Source: an uncultured Pseudomonadota bacterium (GTDB lineage Bacteria > Oederibacteriota > Muellerivitia > Muellerivitales > Muellerivitaceae). From it: DNA of 64,000 nt. Numbering within the stretch: position 1 is the first letter of the stretch; each line of letters starts with the position of its first letter. The DNA is taken from NCBI GenBank assembly GCA_963770835.1, contig CAVYRH010000004.1:448001-512000 (forward strand). Reading direction: 5' to 3'. Positions 1 through 9,690 of this stretch are shown piece after piece. The notes beneath the pieces are model-generated. The model saw only the letters and a program-made list of their open reading frames with translations. It was not told where the DNA came from and searched no databases. The position numbers and the translations under genes were made by a program.

Positions 1-3
1 GTT

Positions 4-2157
4 TTATGGCGGCGTTCCTGGGGCCATTCCCTCCAGTTTCGAGGACCGTAAAAGTTGGTCGATCATTCCAATGTTTTGCAAAGCGGAAGTGTGGTTCCAC
101 GGGCATTGCGTGGCTTTTTTATAAAGCTGTCTCGAGTCCTGGAGCCGGCCCTGCAGAAAACGCATGTACCCCAATTCGTTGTAAACGGCCGCGGTCGGAT
201 AACCCGACCGCTGGGCTTGGAGAAGGGCCAAGAGGGAGGAAGCGAAGTCATGGTCGGCGGACCCATGCAGATAAACAGCTTCCCAAAACAAGGATTCCAA
301 TAGCGGGTCACCCTTGAAGAGAGGACGCATTCCCATCAAGGCCCGCGCGATTTTTTGATGGCTTTCCTCGAAAGTGAGGTGCATGGTTTCGACCGTAACT
401 TCCCGCATGGCCCGGTTGGCGCTCAAAAGCCTGGAAAAGAGTGGCTCAACCGCCGGATCCAAAGGCAGGACCATGAGCATGAGGGAACCGTCCGAATCTT
501 CGGCCCTGGGCGGAAGAACGGCAAACCGGGCTTGAGGAAACCGGGTCTTTAAGAAGGGATAACAGTTTTCATTGACCAACAAGGCCCCCCATTTGGGATG
601 GCTTTGGGAGTACTTAGGATTTTCGGCGGCGTTAAAGGGGAAAGTGGACACAATCAGGGAAGGATCGGGCGGGGAAACGAGATTGGTCAGGATCCAACCC
701 GGCCCCCATTGGTCGGCGGTCGATTTCAGAAGCTTGAAGGCCTCGCCAAAGGGATAAAACCGGAGACCCTGCTCCGGATAATGCTTTTGCCCCCCTGGGG
801 CCCAAGCCTTGGGACAAATATCAAAAAGTTGGTATCCGTCCAACCCCATGGAAGCGGCAAAAACGAGGGAAAGGATCCAAGGCCTGATCGGTTTTTTCAT
901 CCAACCTAAAAACATTTCCAAACCCATGACAACCGTGACGAGAAGCAAGGGAAAGACCTGGATAACGCGGAAACATTCGATATTGGCGGTTAAAGCGCCG
1001 GGCAGCATCATCAGGAGAAAGGAAACCACTCCCCACCGAATCCAGGGGGAGCGCCACCTTCGTGTGAGGCCGATCAAACCCAGGAAAAAAAACGCATCCA
1101 GCAAAGGGTTCAAGAAACCGCCCCAGTTGGGCATGTAACATCCCTCTTGAAGCCCTCCCCACCAGAGGACAGAAAAATAAGTCAAAGAAGTCAGCAACTG
1201 GTTCCACCCTATTTGGGCCGAGCTGGGTGGAATGAGGATCGAAGCGATGTAATGGCCCATGGGCCCATCGGTGAAAAGAAAATAGAAATAAGGAGCGGCC
1301 AGGAGAAGCAGCGGGGCCCCATAAAGCCGTCCAACCTCCCTCCAAGTAATTTGGCGGGCCTTGCACATTACCCAAGCCAAATAAGCCATGGAAAGCGCTA
1401 TGGCTGGCCAGGAAGTAAACGCATAGAAGCCCAAGCCGGTGGCCGCCCCGAATAAAACCAGACCCTTCCTTTGGCCGATGGGGGTATCCGCTTTCCAAAA
1501 ATAGCCCGCCGCGGTGAAAGCCAGGCATTCCCAAAGAAGAACCAGCACGCCGGCGTGGGAAAAACGGCCCTCCACCAGCGGCCAAAAGCTGAAGGCCAAC
1601 AAAAGAAAGGCTAAAAATGAAAAACGGGCCGGAAAGAAAAAACGCGTAGCCGCGTAACCGAAGGCGACGGTCAGGATGGAGATCAAAGCCGGAAATAACC
1701 AAAGGGAAAAGAGGGAAGGCTCAAAAAATTTAAAAAGGAGGCCCAATCCCCAGATGTAAAAGGGTGGAAATTGGGAGCAAGTATAAAAGAATTGAGGTTT
1801 TTGGCCCTGCACCAGTTCCAGGCCCAGGTAGCTGTGCATGGCTTCGTCCTGAAGCGGCCAAGCCGCAAGGGTCGTCAGGCGGTAAAGCCGCAGGAGAATC
1901 GCGCCGGCCAGGAGAACCATCCAAAACCAGGTTGGGATATGGAAAGAAACAGTGTCGAACAAAGGCTCCGGTTTTGATTTTAAAGTCATTGGAATACCGA
2001 CGAGAGGGAGAAGGATTCCAAAGAAGAATATCCAAAGTTTCCAAGATGCCGGGAGGGAAACGAAAGAGAGAAGCCCGTTGGAAACCACGCTGGCTAAAAG
2101 AAAAATCCAAAGAGGCATAGAGGTTAAAAACAAATCAGGCAGTGGTGTTTTTTTCAT
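4..2157 (-). CDS. GT-C fold (ArnT/PMT-like, GT39/GT83-type) membrane glycosyltransferase with C-terminal TPR-like region
   Basis: 717 aa, many TM helices, 'LRLYRL...QDEA' loop-1 acidic motif, C-terminal 'AVYNELGY...LYKKA' TPR-like helices. Confidence 0.75.
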   Translation of the reverse strand: MKKTPLPDLFLTSMPLWIFLLASVVSNGLLSFVSLPASWKLWIFFFGILLPLVGIPMTLKSKPEPLFDTVSFHIPTWFWMVLLAGAILLRLYRLTTLAAWPLQDEAMHSYLGLELVQGQKPQFFYTCSQFPPFYIWGLGLLFKFFEPSLFSLWLFPALISILTVAFGYAATRFFFPARFSFLAFLLLAFSFWPLVEGRFSHAGVLVLLWECLAFTAAGYFWKADTPIGQRKGLVLFGAATGLGFYAFTSWPAIALSMAYLAWVMCKARQITWREVGRLYGAPLLLLAAPYFYFLFTDGPMGHYIASILIPPSSAQIGWNQLLTSLTYFSVLWWGGLQEGCYMPNWGGFLNPLLDAFFFLGLIGLTRRWRSPWIRWGVVSFLLMMLPGALTANIECFRVIQVFPLLLVTVVMGLEMFLGWMKKPIRPWILSLVFAASMGLDGYQLFDICPKAWAPGGQKHYPEQGLRFYPFGEAFKLLKSTADQWGPGWILTNLVSPPDPSLIVSTFPFNAAENPKYSQSHPKWGALLVNENCYPFLKTRFPQARFAVLPPRAEDSDGSLMLMVLPLDPAVEPLFSRLLSANRAMREVTVETMHLTFEESHQKIARALMGMRPLFKGDPLLESLFWEAVYLHGSADHDFASSLLALLQAQRSGYPTAAVYNELGYMRFLQGRLQDSRQLYKKATQCPWNHTSALQNIGMIDQLLRSSKLEGMAPGTPP

Positions 2158-2239
2158 GAAAGGAAAACCAGTAGGAGTTTGGACAAGGTGAATTTATTTT
2201 ATCCGCTCCGGCAGGATGTCTAAAGAGCAAACCTCTTTG

Positions 2240-3430
2240 TTAAAGAGTGGTGGGGCGGGTGGTCGAAACGCCGTCCGAGTGTGGTGGAAGGGGGGGCGTC
2301 TCCTCGAGCGGTTTTACAATGAGGCTTTTTCCCTTCAAGAGAGGGAAGAAGAGGCGGCTCGAGAGGCGGGGGGTGTAAAGGTAGTTGGACATGCCGGAAC
2401 CCGATAAGTCCTTCCCCTCATGGGTCCAACGCACTTGGTCTTGAAAGATGAGATGGACCGGTCCGTCGGAAAGGATATTTTGGTGTTCGATGGTTGAATG
2501 GAATCTTCCGTGAGCGTCGGGCTCCAAAAGCATGATGACGCGCTCATAGGGGACAAGAAAAAAGTTATGTTTGCGACCCGAAAAGTGAAAAAGACCCTCT
2601 CCGGCGGCAATTTCGGGTTTTTCCTTCTCAAAAACAAAAAAGGCTCCTCGGGTGGATTCTGATTCTTGAACCGGAGCCTGAGCCGAATAAACAATCGTTC
2701 TGTCGCCAAGGAATGCCCTCCCCCAATGCCAGGCTTTCACGAAGCGGTCAATGGGAACGGTTCCAAAATGATGATCGTGATAGCCTTTTCCAATAAAAGA
2801 CACCGCCTTGCGGGATTCGCCCTCATGGTTCACCCATTCGAAGGTTCCTTCTACATGGCACAAGGGGGCGGCCAAGATCCAGGTATGGGTGGAAGGAATA
2901 TCCAGCTGGGGAAGGGTGGGTTGGTATTTAAGAAGGGGTGTGAAAAAAAGCCGGGCCCGGACAGCGGTCCTGCCGCCGTGGAGAGGAGCCTGGGCTGTCA
3001 GGACGTAGGAAGGGGGATCCCCCCGTTGGTCCCAGTTGAAGCGGTTCGGCCCCAAAAGGACCGCACCATGCTTATCGGAAGCCTTTAGGGATTTTTGAGG
3101 GAATTCCTGGAAGCTTTCCACCACCATGCTTCCTTTATGGAAAAGACGGAAGGAAAACCCACAATAATCCAACGGGTTCGGCGGGCTCACCGCAGGCGGG
3201 TTAGGGACTTCCGGCGAGCGGGAGGAGTCCATTAACGGGGATTTCGTTTTTTCCCAATAGGTTTTTAAGCTATCTTGATAATAAGCGGAAAAAAGGTTCC
3301 CCGCGTGGAATTGGATGGAGAAGGAATAGCCGGATTTTTCGTCCGTCCCATCGAAATGCCACCATTCGTAGGCCCCCGGCGATTTTTGGGGCCGGTGGAA
3401 ATCCTGCTCAACTCCCGCTAAGAGGTTCAT
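2240..3430 (-). CDS. crtC: Carotenoid 1,2-hydratase (CrtC-like) / lipocalin-like protein
   Basis: 'PGAYEWWHFDG' and 'GYHDHHFG...WHWGR' motifs; adjacent to a carotenoid-type GT2. Confidence 0.6.
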   Translation of the reverse strand: MNLLAGVEQDFHRPQKSPGAYEWWHFDGTDEKSGYSFSIQFHAGNLFSAYYQDSLKTYWEKTKSPLMDSSRSPEVPNPPAVSPPNPLDYCGFSFRLFHKGSMVVESFQEFPQKSLKASDKHGAVLLGPNRFNWDQRGDPPSYVLTAQAPLHGGRTAVRARLFFTPLLKYQPTLPQLDIPSTHTWILAAPLCHVEGTFEWVNHEGESRKAVSFIGKGYHDHHFGTVPIDRFVKAWHWGRAFLGDRTIVYSAQAPVQESESTRGAFFVFEKEKPEIAAGEGLFHFSGRKHNFFLVPYERVIMLLEPDAHGRFHSTIEHQNILSDGPVHLIFQDQVRWTHEGKDLSGSGMSNYLYTPRLSSRLFFPLLKGKSLIVKPLEETPPLPPHSDGVSTTRPTTL

Positions 3431-3432
3431 GC

Positions 3433-4560
3433 GTGTTCCTAGTGGCTGCCTATTGGTGGTTCCTGGCGGTTTACCTGATTTATTGCGCCTGGGATAACAC
3501 CCGGCTTTTCGTGAAGCCTTCCCTGCCCGATCCTAAACGAAAAAAATGGCCCTTTGTTTCCGTCTTAATTCCCGCGCGGAACGAGGAATTCCGCGTCCGG
3601 CCGTGCTTGGAGAGCTTGCTGAAGCAGGATTATCCCGCCTTCGAGATACTGGTGCTGGACGACCGGTCCACCGACCGCACGTTTAATCTAGTGAAGGAAT
3701 TAGCCAAACACAACCTCCGCTTGAAAATTCTCAGGGGCCGGGAACTTCCACCCGGGTGGGTTGGCAAACCCTGGGCCTGTTTCCAGCTTTCCAAAAAAGC
3801 CAAGGGCGAATGGTTTTTCTTCACGGACGCGGATACCTGGCACCAGCCGGAAATGTTGAAACGCACGGTCCAAATGGCGGAGGAAAAGAAAGCGGATGTC
3901 CTGACCCTTTTCACACGGCAAGTGACCAAGACCTGGATGGAAGCCCTCGTCATTCCCGTGATGGCTTACACCCTTTTAGCTTTCCTGCCGGCCCGGTGGT
4001 CCTTAAAAAAGGGAAGCTTCTTTAACCGGTTTGCCGGGGTCAGTGGACAGTTTGTTTTTATCAAAAGGGTTGTTTACCGGGCCTTTGGAGGGCATGAGAC
4101 GGTGAAAAACGAAATCGTCGAGGACCTGAATTTAGGAAAGCAAATTGTCCGAAACGGTTACCGACTGGCCTATGGGGATGGGTCAGATTTTTCTTTTTGC
4201 CGCATGTACACCAATGCCGGGGAAGTTTGGCAAGGGTTCTCCAAGAACTTCTTCCCCGCCGTGGCCTTTTCACCCCTTTACTTCTTGAACGCTTTCATTG
4301 TTTTGATCCTGGATGGGGTGCTGCCCTTCGCGGCCGTCGCCATGGGTTCCAGTTTTTCCTTGTTCTGGCCGGGTTTAGCCATGGCCTTGGTGTCCTTGGG
4401 AGTTCGCGGACTTCAGGCCCTGAAATACGGCTACCATAAAGGATCGGTCTTGTTTCATCCCCTGGGATGCTTGTTGTTCGCGTTGATCGGCTTAAACTCG
4501 ATTCGTTGGTTTTGGTTTGGGGGCGGTCATTGGAAGGGAAGAACCTTAAAAGAGGGCTGA
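3433..4560 (+). CDS. Family 2 glycosyltransferase (CrtQ/CruC-like carotenoid glycosyltransferase)
   Basis: 'VSVLIPARNEE', 'DDRSTD', 'GWVGKPWAC', 'FTDAD', 'EIVED', 'CRMY', C-terminal 'WKGR'. Confidence 0.85.
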   Translation: MFLVAAYWWFLAVYLIYCAWDNTRLFVKPSLPDPKRKKWPFVSVLIPARNEEFRVRPCLESLLKQDYPAFEILVLDDRSTDRTFNLVKELAKHNLRLKILRGRELPPGWVGKPWACFQLSKKAKGEWFFFTDADTWHQPEMLKRTVQMAEEKKADVLTLFTRQVTKTWMEALVIPVMAYTLLAFLPARWSLKKGSFFNRFAGVSGQFVFIKRVVYRAFGGHETVKNEIVEDLNLGKQIVRNGYRLAYGDGSDFSFCRMYTNAGEVWQGFSKNFFPAVAFSPLYFLNAFIVLILDGVLPFAAVAMGSSFSLFWPGLAMALVSLGVRGLQALKYGYHKGSVLFHPLGCLLFALIGLNSIRWFWFGGGHWKGRTLKEG

Positions 4561-4584
4561 GTGTTTTATAAATTTTACCCGGCT

Positions 4585-5451
4585 CTATATCGGGAAATGA
4601 AAGGACCTTCCAAGGGTGGCGACCTCGAATTTTAATTTTTGAACCTTGTCGTAACCTTCCACTAAATGTTTTGTTTCAAAAGTGGTTTCTTTTTGAACCA
4701 AGTAAAAATAAAAACGATCCTCATAAGGGATAACAGGTTCCAAGACGGGATTTTCCCTTGAACCAAAAAGGGATTGGATCGCGTCCTCCGGGAAAGACGA
4801 AGGAAGCTGAAAACTCGAATAAGAATCCCTGTCAAGAACCGCGATCGAAACCGCTTGGTTTGTGCCAAGGTCGACCGACCAAATTGTAAATAAGTCGTTT
4901 TTATCGTGGGTGGCCGCATATAAGGCGCCGCCGTCTTTGGGCGGCGCATCGGATAAAACCCCTCCCAATTGATCTTCAGGAAAATCCACAAGGACGCTCG
5001 TGCGCTGCAGATCGTAGTCATAGCACACCAAATGATTGTTATTTAAAAAATAGATCTTTTTCCCGTCCGAGGACCACAGCGGACTAAAGGCTTTTCCGAA
5101 TTCTCCTGTGGCGCGCGAGATATCGGAATTGCAAATGGATTTGGGTTTGCCCTCGAGTTCGAATTGCGGGGTTAAATTGAAGACGGTGATAGCAAAGTCA
5201 CTCGGCTTGACACAGGCGATTTTAGTTTTATCGGGTGATAAGGCCGCTTGACTATAACCACCGCCAATTATTTCCTTCGCGCCGCTTCCATCGCCATTGA
5301 CCAGGTAAATGCTACCGTTATACACAAAAGCAAATTGGAGGTCGGGTGGCGCTATCGATGAAGAAGGGCCGTCGCAACCAATGGCGGAAATAAGCAACAA
5401 AAGGGAGAAAAGGAGTTGAAAGGCAAATTTAACTGACGGTTGTCTTAACAC
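4585..5451 (-). CDS. Lipoprotein with TolB-like/PD40 beta-propeller
   Basis: Lipobox-like 'AIGC', 'ALSPDKTKIA', 'PLWSSDGKKIYF' repeats. Confidence 0.65.
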   Translation of the reverse strand: MLRQPSVKFAFQLLFSLLLLISAIGCDGPSSSIAPPDLQFAFVYNGSIYLVNGDGSGAKEIIGGGYSQAALSPDKTKIACVKPSDFAITVFNLTPQFELEGKPKSICNSDISRATGEFGKAFSPLWSSDGKKIYFLNNNHLVCYDYDLQRTSVLVDFPEDQLGGVLSDAPPKDGGALYAATHDKNDLFTIWSVDLGTNQAVSIAVLDRDSYSSFQLPSSFPEDAIQSLFGSRENPVLEPVIPYEDRFYFYLVQKETTFETKHLVEGYDKVQKLKFEVATLGRSFHFPI

Positions 5452-5452
5452 A

Positions 5453-5908
5453 TTAGCTCTTGGGAGGATTTGTTGGATTCTGCTTTTTTTTTGCGATTTC
5501 CTGTTGGACCAGGGAAATCCATTCTTTGATTTCTTTTTTGGGCTGGGGCGGGGTAGGAACCAGGGGACGGGGGGGCATGTTGTTCGGGCTTAAAAGGCTG
5601 GGGCCACCCGCCTTGACCTTTTCCTTGGTTTTATCCACATAGGTCTTTTGAAGATCGTCTAAAACTTCCCTTAAAACTTTTTTTTCCTCCACATTCAGGT
5701 TGCCTGATGTTTTTTTGATCAAGGAGCTGATCATGTTGATGGTAATCCTCGCCCGGGGAAGGTTGAGGTCCTTATCCCGGTAATAAGGGTGCACCAACTC
5801 GCCCAGGTCGATCTTGGCCGAGGAAGCCAGCATCAGGACCAGATCGATGAAGTAATAGTCCGTGGTGCCCCAGTCCCGGTTGTCCTTATAATTTTGAGGT
5901 TCAGCCAT
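5453..5908 (-). CDS. DUF1844-like protein
   Basis: 'ARITINMISSLIKKTSGNLNVEEKKVL' pattern; ATG at 5908 with GGGGA RBS. Confidence 0.65.
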   Translation of the reverse strand: MAEPQNYKDNRDWGTTDYYFIDLVLMLASSAKIDLGELVHPYYRDKDLNLPRARITINMISSLIKKTSGNLNVEEKKVLREVLDDLQKTYVDKTKEKVKAGGPSLLSPNNMPPRPLVPTPPQPKKEIKEWISLVQQEIAKKKQNPTNPPKS

Positions 5909-5961
5909 GGTTTCCCCTAACAGGGTTCTGAAAAGATGCCTTTTCATCCTACCGCTAAAAT

Positions 5962-6597
5962 TCAGTCCTTCTCGCCGCTGACCATTCGAACGGCGCGGAT
6001 CCAGGCATCCCATTCCTTGCCGACGGACTCCTGAGAACGATGATAGTCCTGCTTTTCGAGAAATTCATTTAAATCTTTCAGCAGGCGTTTCAAGGCTTTT
6101 TCACCTGTTTCCCGAAGTCTCTTTTCCTCGGAAGAAACCATTTTTTGGCCAAGCGTTTTTTCCAAATGGGGAAGACAGAGGATGCCTTTTTCAGCAAAGG
6201 CATCACGGAGTTTTTCCGACTCTACCCAGCAATGGGCGAATTCTTTGATGACGGAATGTTCCCGAGCTTTTTCAGACTCGCAAAGGAGGCAGGAGCCGGC
6301 TTCGTCGGACTTCCAGAAACGTGGCTTTAACAAAAGTTCCTTCAGCCCTTTTTCCAGCAGGCTGCCGTAAATGACAGCCATCCCCAAGGATTGGCGCTGG
6401 TGGACTCCCTGCCAGGCGTGGCGGCGGCAGAATCCCTTGGACTGGAAAAGTTTTTCACGGGTGGAGGGGTCGGTAACACATTCGTCGAGAAGGGATTTCA
6501 AATGCTCATAAGCATAAGCCCGTACCACAAAGCAAAGGGGACAACGGTCGGGTTGTAAAATTTCGAGGAAACGGTCCGGGTCTGCGAAGGAGGGCAT
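5962..6597 (-). CDS. DUF6062-like Cys/His-rich protein
   Basis: Duplicated CxxC ... 'GFCRRH' / 'LCLPHL' motifs. Confidence 0.7.
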   Translation of the reverse strand: MPSFADPDRFLEILQPDRCPLCFVVRAYAYEHLKSLLDECVTDPSTREKLFQSKGFCRRHAWQGVHQRQSLGMAVIYGSLLEKGLKELLLKPRFWKSDEAGSCLLCESEKAREHSVIKEFAHCWVESEKLRDAFAEKGILCLPHLEKTLGQKMVSSEEKRLRETGEKALKRLLKDLNEFLEKQDYHRSQESVGKEWDAWIRAVRMVSGEKD

Positions 6598-6618
6598 AAG
6601 CGGCTTTCGGCCCCGGGG

Positions 6619-7170
6619 TCAGAAAATTTTCTTGGACCAGATGCTGGGCTTCGGCTCGACATCGTCCTCGATCCGGTCCTTTACGGCGGTGAACCCGCTG
6701 ACCGGAGAGAGTCCTCCCGTGGGCGGCATTGGTTGGGTAGGCGGATGGTTTTCCTGGTTTTTGGTCCAGAAATACCAGCCGATACCGGCCAGGACCAGCA
6801 CCACGAGAACCCACAAAAGCCAATGGGAACCCCCGCTCTTTTTAACAGGAACCGGGGTCTCGACCGAAGGCGTTTGATTCGGAGTTACGGGTGGGATGGC
6901 CGGGGTAGTAACGCCCTCAGCATTGATAGGTGTAGTGGTAATGGTTGTGGTCGATTTTGGACCTTTTGTCCGATGGATCTTTTCGACATAGGTATGGACG
7001 GGAGTATTCTCGCCCGGCATGGGGGTTTGTTCAGCATTCAAGACGGTTTCTGGGGCTTTTTCACTATTGACGTTGGTTTTACTTGCGCAGGCGGGTAGGA
7101 GGAGAACGGCACTGCCCAGCAAAAGAAGGAAAAGCCAGCTTCGTGTATAGGTGTTCAAAGGTGTCTCCAC
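6619..7170 (-). CDS. Hypothetical lipoprotein with Thr/Pro linker and C-terminal TM helix
   Basis: Lipobox 'LPAC', Thr/Pro-rich middle, hydrophobic 'WLLWVLVVLVLAGIGWYFW'; start uncertain (GTG 7170). Confidence 0.55.
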   Translation of the reverse strand: METPLNTYTRSWLFLLLLGSAVLLLPACASKTNVNSEKAPETVLNAEQTPMPGENTPVHTYVEKIHRTKGPKSTTTITTTPINAEGVTTPAIPPVTPNQTPSVETPVPVKKSGGSHWLLWVLVVLVLAGIGWYFWTKNQENHPPTQPMPPTGGLSPVSGFTAVKDRIEDDVEPKPSIWSKKIF

Positions 7171-7344
7171 GTTGAGTGTGCTTTCTTCGTTTATTTTACC
7201 TGAGCCAGGGAAGTCTTGGAAGGAAAAGAGGAAGAAAAAGGGCGAAAACAACAAGAAAAAAGAGAAGGTGAAAAATAGTCACTATCGGTAGAGGGGTCCA
7301 GGAGGAGCGCCTACCAAATACATGGTTGAGACTAAAAGCACTTT

Positions 7345-7438
<94 letters not shown>

Positions 7439-7658
7439 ACGGGCTTAAAAGAAAAAGTTAGATTGATTGAAACCAAGGCAAACCAACATCTAATAAAAGT
7501 AAGACTCAACGAAGGCGTAGATCCGGAAGAAAGGAACCTTTAACTCCAATTCTCTATGGTTGTTTTCTTCCCGCCGCTTAATCGGCGCTGAACCTACGGT
7601 TCTCGTCTTTCAACATCGTTCGCCATATCCCGGGGCACCCCAAAGGTGCCTTGGGATA

Positions 7659-7745
7659 TGGCGGAGGGTGCAGGACTCGAACCTGCAAGGGGTTTCCCCC
7701 GGTGGATTTCAAGTCCACTGCCTTACCAATTAGGACTAACCCTCC
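7659..7745 (-). tRNA. tRNA-Ser (anticodon TGA)
   Basis: GGAGGG...CCCTCCGCCA, GTGGA-CTTGAAA-TCCAC anticodon arm, long variable arm, GGTTCGAGTCC. Confidence 0.95.
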
Positions 7746-7919
7746 ACTTGCCCAATTGTAGCCCGTTTCCACGGGCCAAGTCAGGGGGCATATTGTACCC
7801 AAATCCATGGGGGGGACAACCTCTATCTATTCGGGTTTTCCAGGGGTTTAAAAGGATTTAAACGGCTTGAAGGCCCGATAGGCGTTGGGGGGGGTTCCGA
7901 TAAAAAATAAAAAACACTC

Positions 7920-7954
7920 TTGCTATTTCAAATTTAGTTAACTATATAGTTTAC
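7920..7954 (+). promoter_or_regulatory. Putative sigma70 promoter overlapped by an ArsR-type palindromic operator
   Basis: TTGCTA-17-TATATA; palindrome GTTAACTATATAGTTTAC (7937-7954) directly upstream of the ArsR gene. Confidence 0.55.
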
Positions 7955-7975
7955 AAGTTTTGAAAGGATTTTTGG

Positions 7976-8341
7976 ATGCGATCCAAAAACGCCACGGCAC
8001 CGCTGGACCATATTTTTTACGCCCTCTCGGATCCGACCCGGCGGCAGATCTTGTCGGAGCTTTCCAAGGGGGAGACGCAAGTGAGCGAACTGGCGGAACG
8101 GTTTGACCTGTCCCTGCAGGCGGTTTCCAAGCATTTAAAGGTCCTGGAACGGGGGAACCTGATTGAGCGCCGCGCCCACGAGACGGACGGCCGGGCCCAG
8201 GTCCTGGCCTTGAAAAGCAAACAGTTGGACAAAGCCACCGATTGGCTGGAGAAGCACCGGCAGTACTGGAACGCCCGGTTCGACGAACTGGAGCGCTTTT
8301 TGGAGCAACATCCGGAACCGAAAAAAGGAGAGGGGAAATGA
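7976..8341 (+). CDS. ArsR/SmtB family transcriptional regulator
   Basis: 'IFYALSDPTRRQIL...VSELAERFDLSLQAVSKHLKVLERGNLI' wHTH. Confidence 0.92.
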   Translation: MRSKNATAPLDHIFYALSDPTRRQILSELSKGETQVSELAERFDLSLQAVSKHLKVLERGNLIERRAHETDGRAQVLALKSKQLDKATDWLEKHRQYWNARFDELERFLEQHPEPKKGEGK

Positions 8342-8778
8342 CCCAAACGAACCTGGCCTTGGTGGTGCAGCGCAAACTAAAGACCTCCCCGGAGCGGCTT
8401 TTCGACGCCTGGACCAAGCCGGAGCTGTTGATGCAGTGGTTTCATGCGGAAGAAAAGATGACGACCCCGAAAGCCGATACGGACCTGAAGGTTGGCGGAG
8501 CTTGGAGTTTGACAATGCACCATACCGACATCGACGAGTATAGAACCACTAACGGAAAATATCTGATCATAGACCGCCCGAATAAGCTGGTTTTTACCTG
8601 GCATCCCTGCCTGAAGGATTACGAGACTAAAGTCACGCTTCTGTTCAAAAAAGTTTCCGATGGATACACCGAAATGACCCTAACTCACGAAGGGTTGAGG
8701 AACGAGGAAGACTTCAAGGGCCACAATATGGGTTGGGAAGAGATTTTCAATACGCTTTCGAACTGGCTGATGAAATAA
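8338..8778 (+). CDS. SRPBCC/AHA1-like domain protein
   Basis: 'PERLFDAWTKPELLMQWF...DLKVGG...DRPNKLVFTW'; ATGA overlap with arsR. Confidence 0.88.
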   Translation: MTQTNLALVVQRKLKTSPERLFDAWTKPELLMQWFHAEEKMTTPKADTDLKVGGAWSLTMHHTDIDEYRTTNGKYLIIDRPNKLVFTWHPCLKDYETKVTLLFKKVSDGYTEMTLTHEGLRNEEDFKGHNMGWEEIFNTLSNWLMK

Positions 8779-8796
8779 AACGAAAGGAGAAAACCA

Positions 8797-9252
8797 ATGA
8801 CCCCAACGAACCTGGTCTTGGTGGTGCGGCGAAAACTAAAGGCTTCCCCGGAGCGGCTCTTTGACGCATGGACCAAGCCCGAACTCATGAAACAATGGTT
8901 CCACGCCGTGGAAAACTGGACCACGCCCATGGCCGAGGTGGATTTGAAACCGGGCGGTGCCTGGAAGGTGGACATGAAAAGGGAAGACGGCTTTATCCAC
9001 CATGCCCTCGGGGAATACCGAGAGATCGACCGGCCTAACAAGCTAGTCTTCACCTGGCATCCTTACGGGGACACCAGCGTGGAAACGGTTGTGACGCTAC
9101 GCTTCAAGAAGGTTGCGGACAACGAAACCGAGCTGACCCTGACCCACGAGGGCTTGCGAAATGAAAAGGAAAAGTCGGATCATACGGCTGGTTGGACGGG
9201 CTGTTTGGACAGTTTGGCAACATTCACGGATTCAAATGGAGAAAAGAAATGA
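8797..9252 (+). CDS. SRPBCC/AHA1-like domain protein (paralog of the preceding gene)
   Basis: Same motifs; AAGGAG RBS. Confidence 0.88.
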   Translation: MTPTNLVLVVRRKLKASPERLFDAWTKPELMKQWFHAVENWTTPMAEVDLKPGGAWKVDMKREDGFIHHALGEYREIDRPNKLVFTWHPYGDTSVETVVTLRFKKVADNETELTLTHEGLRNEKEKSDHTAGWTGCLDSLATFTDSNGEKK

Positions 9253-9641
9253 AGACCATCACTCAGAAGGTCCAGTTCAAGGCTTCGCCGAAGGAGCTCT
9301 ACGGCATCTTCCTGGATTCCAAGAAGCACAGCCTGGCCACCGGCGCCAAGGCGGCCGTCAGTGCTAAAGTGGGAGGGCCCTTCAAGGCTTGGGACGGGCA
9401 TCTTTGGGGCAAGAACCTGGTCCTGGTCCCGGGGCGGATGATCGTGCAATCCTGGCGGAGCACCAGTTTCAAGAAGGAAGACTCCGACTCGGTGCTCATC
9501 CTCACCTTCGATAAAAAAGGGAGCGGAACCCTACTCACCATGGTCCACGCGGTGGTTCCCGACCACGACGCCGAAGGAATCACCAAGGGTTGGCACCAGT
9601 TCTATTGGGTGCCAATGAAAAAGTACCTCGGGGAAAAGTAA
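9249..9641 (+). CDS. SRPBCC/AHA1-like domain protein
   Basis: 'ITQKVQFKASPKELY...VPGRMIVQSWR...GWHQFYW'; ATGA overlap. Confidence 0.85.
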   Translation: MKTITQKVQFKASPKELYGIFLDSKKHSLATGAKAAVSAKVGGPFKAWDGHLWGKNLVLVPGRMIVQSWRSTSFKKEDSDSVLILTFDKKGSGTLLTMVHAVVPDHDAEGITKGWHQFYWVPMKKYLGEK

Positions 9642-9690
9642 ACGTAGTTCCCCGCCGAAGGGCGGGACATTAATTCGAAGGAGGTGGGTT

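Noticed and set aside
7659..7745. Possible selenocysteine or suppressor tRNA
   Set aside because: The anticodon is TGA (reads UCA, Ser), not TCA; ordinary tRNA-Ser structure
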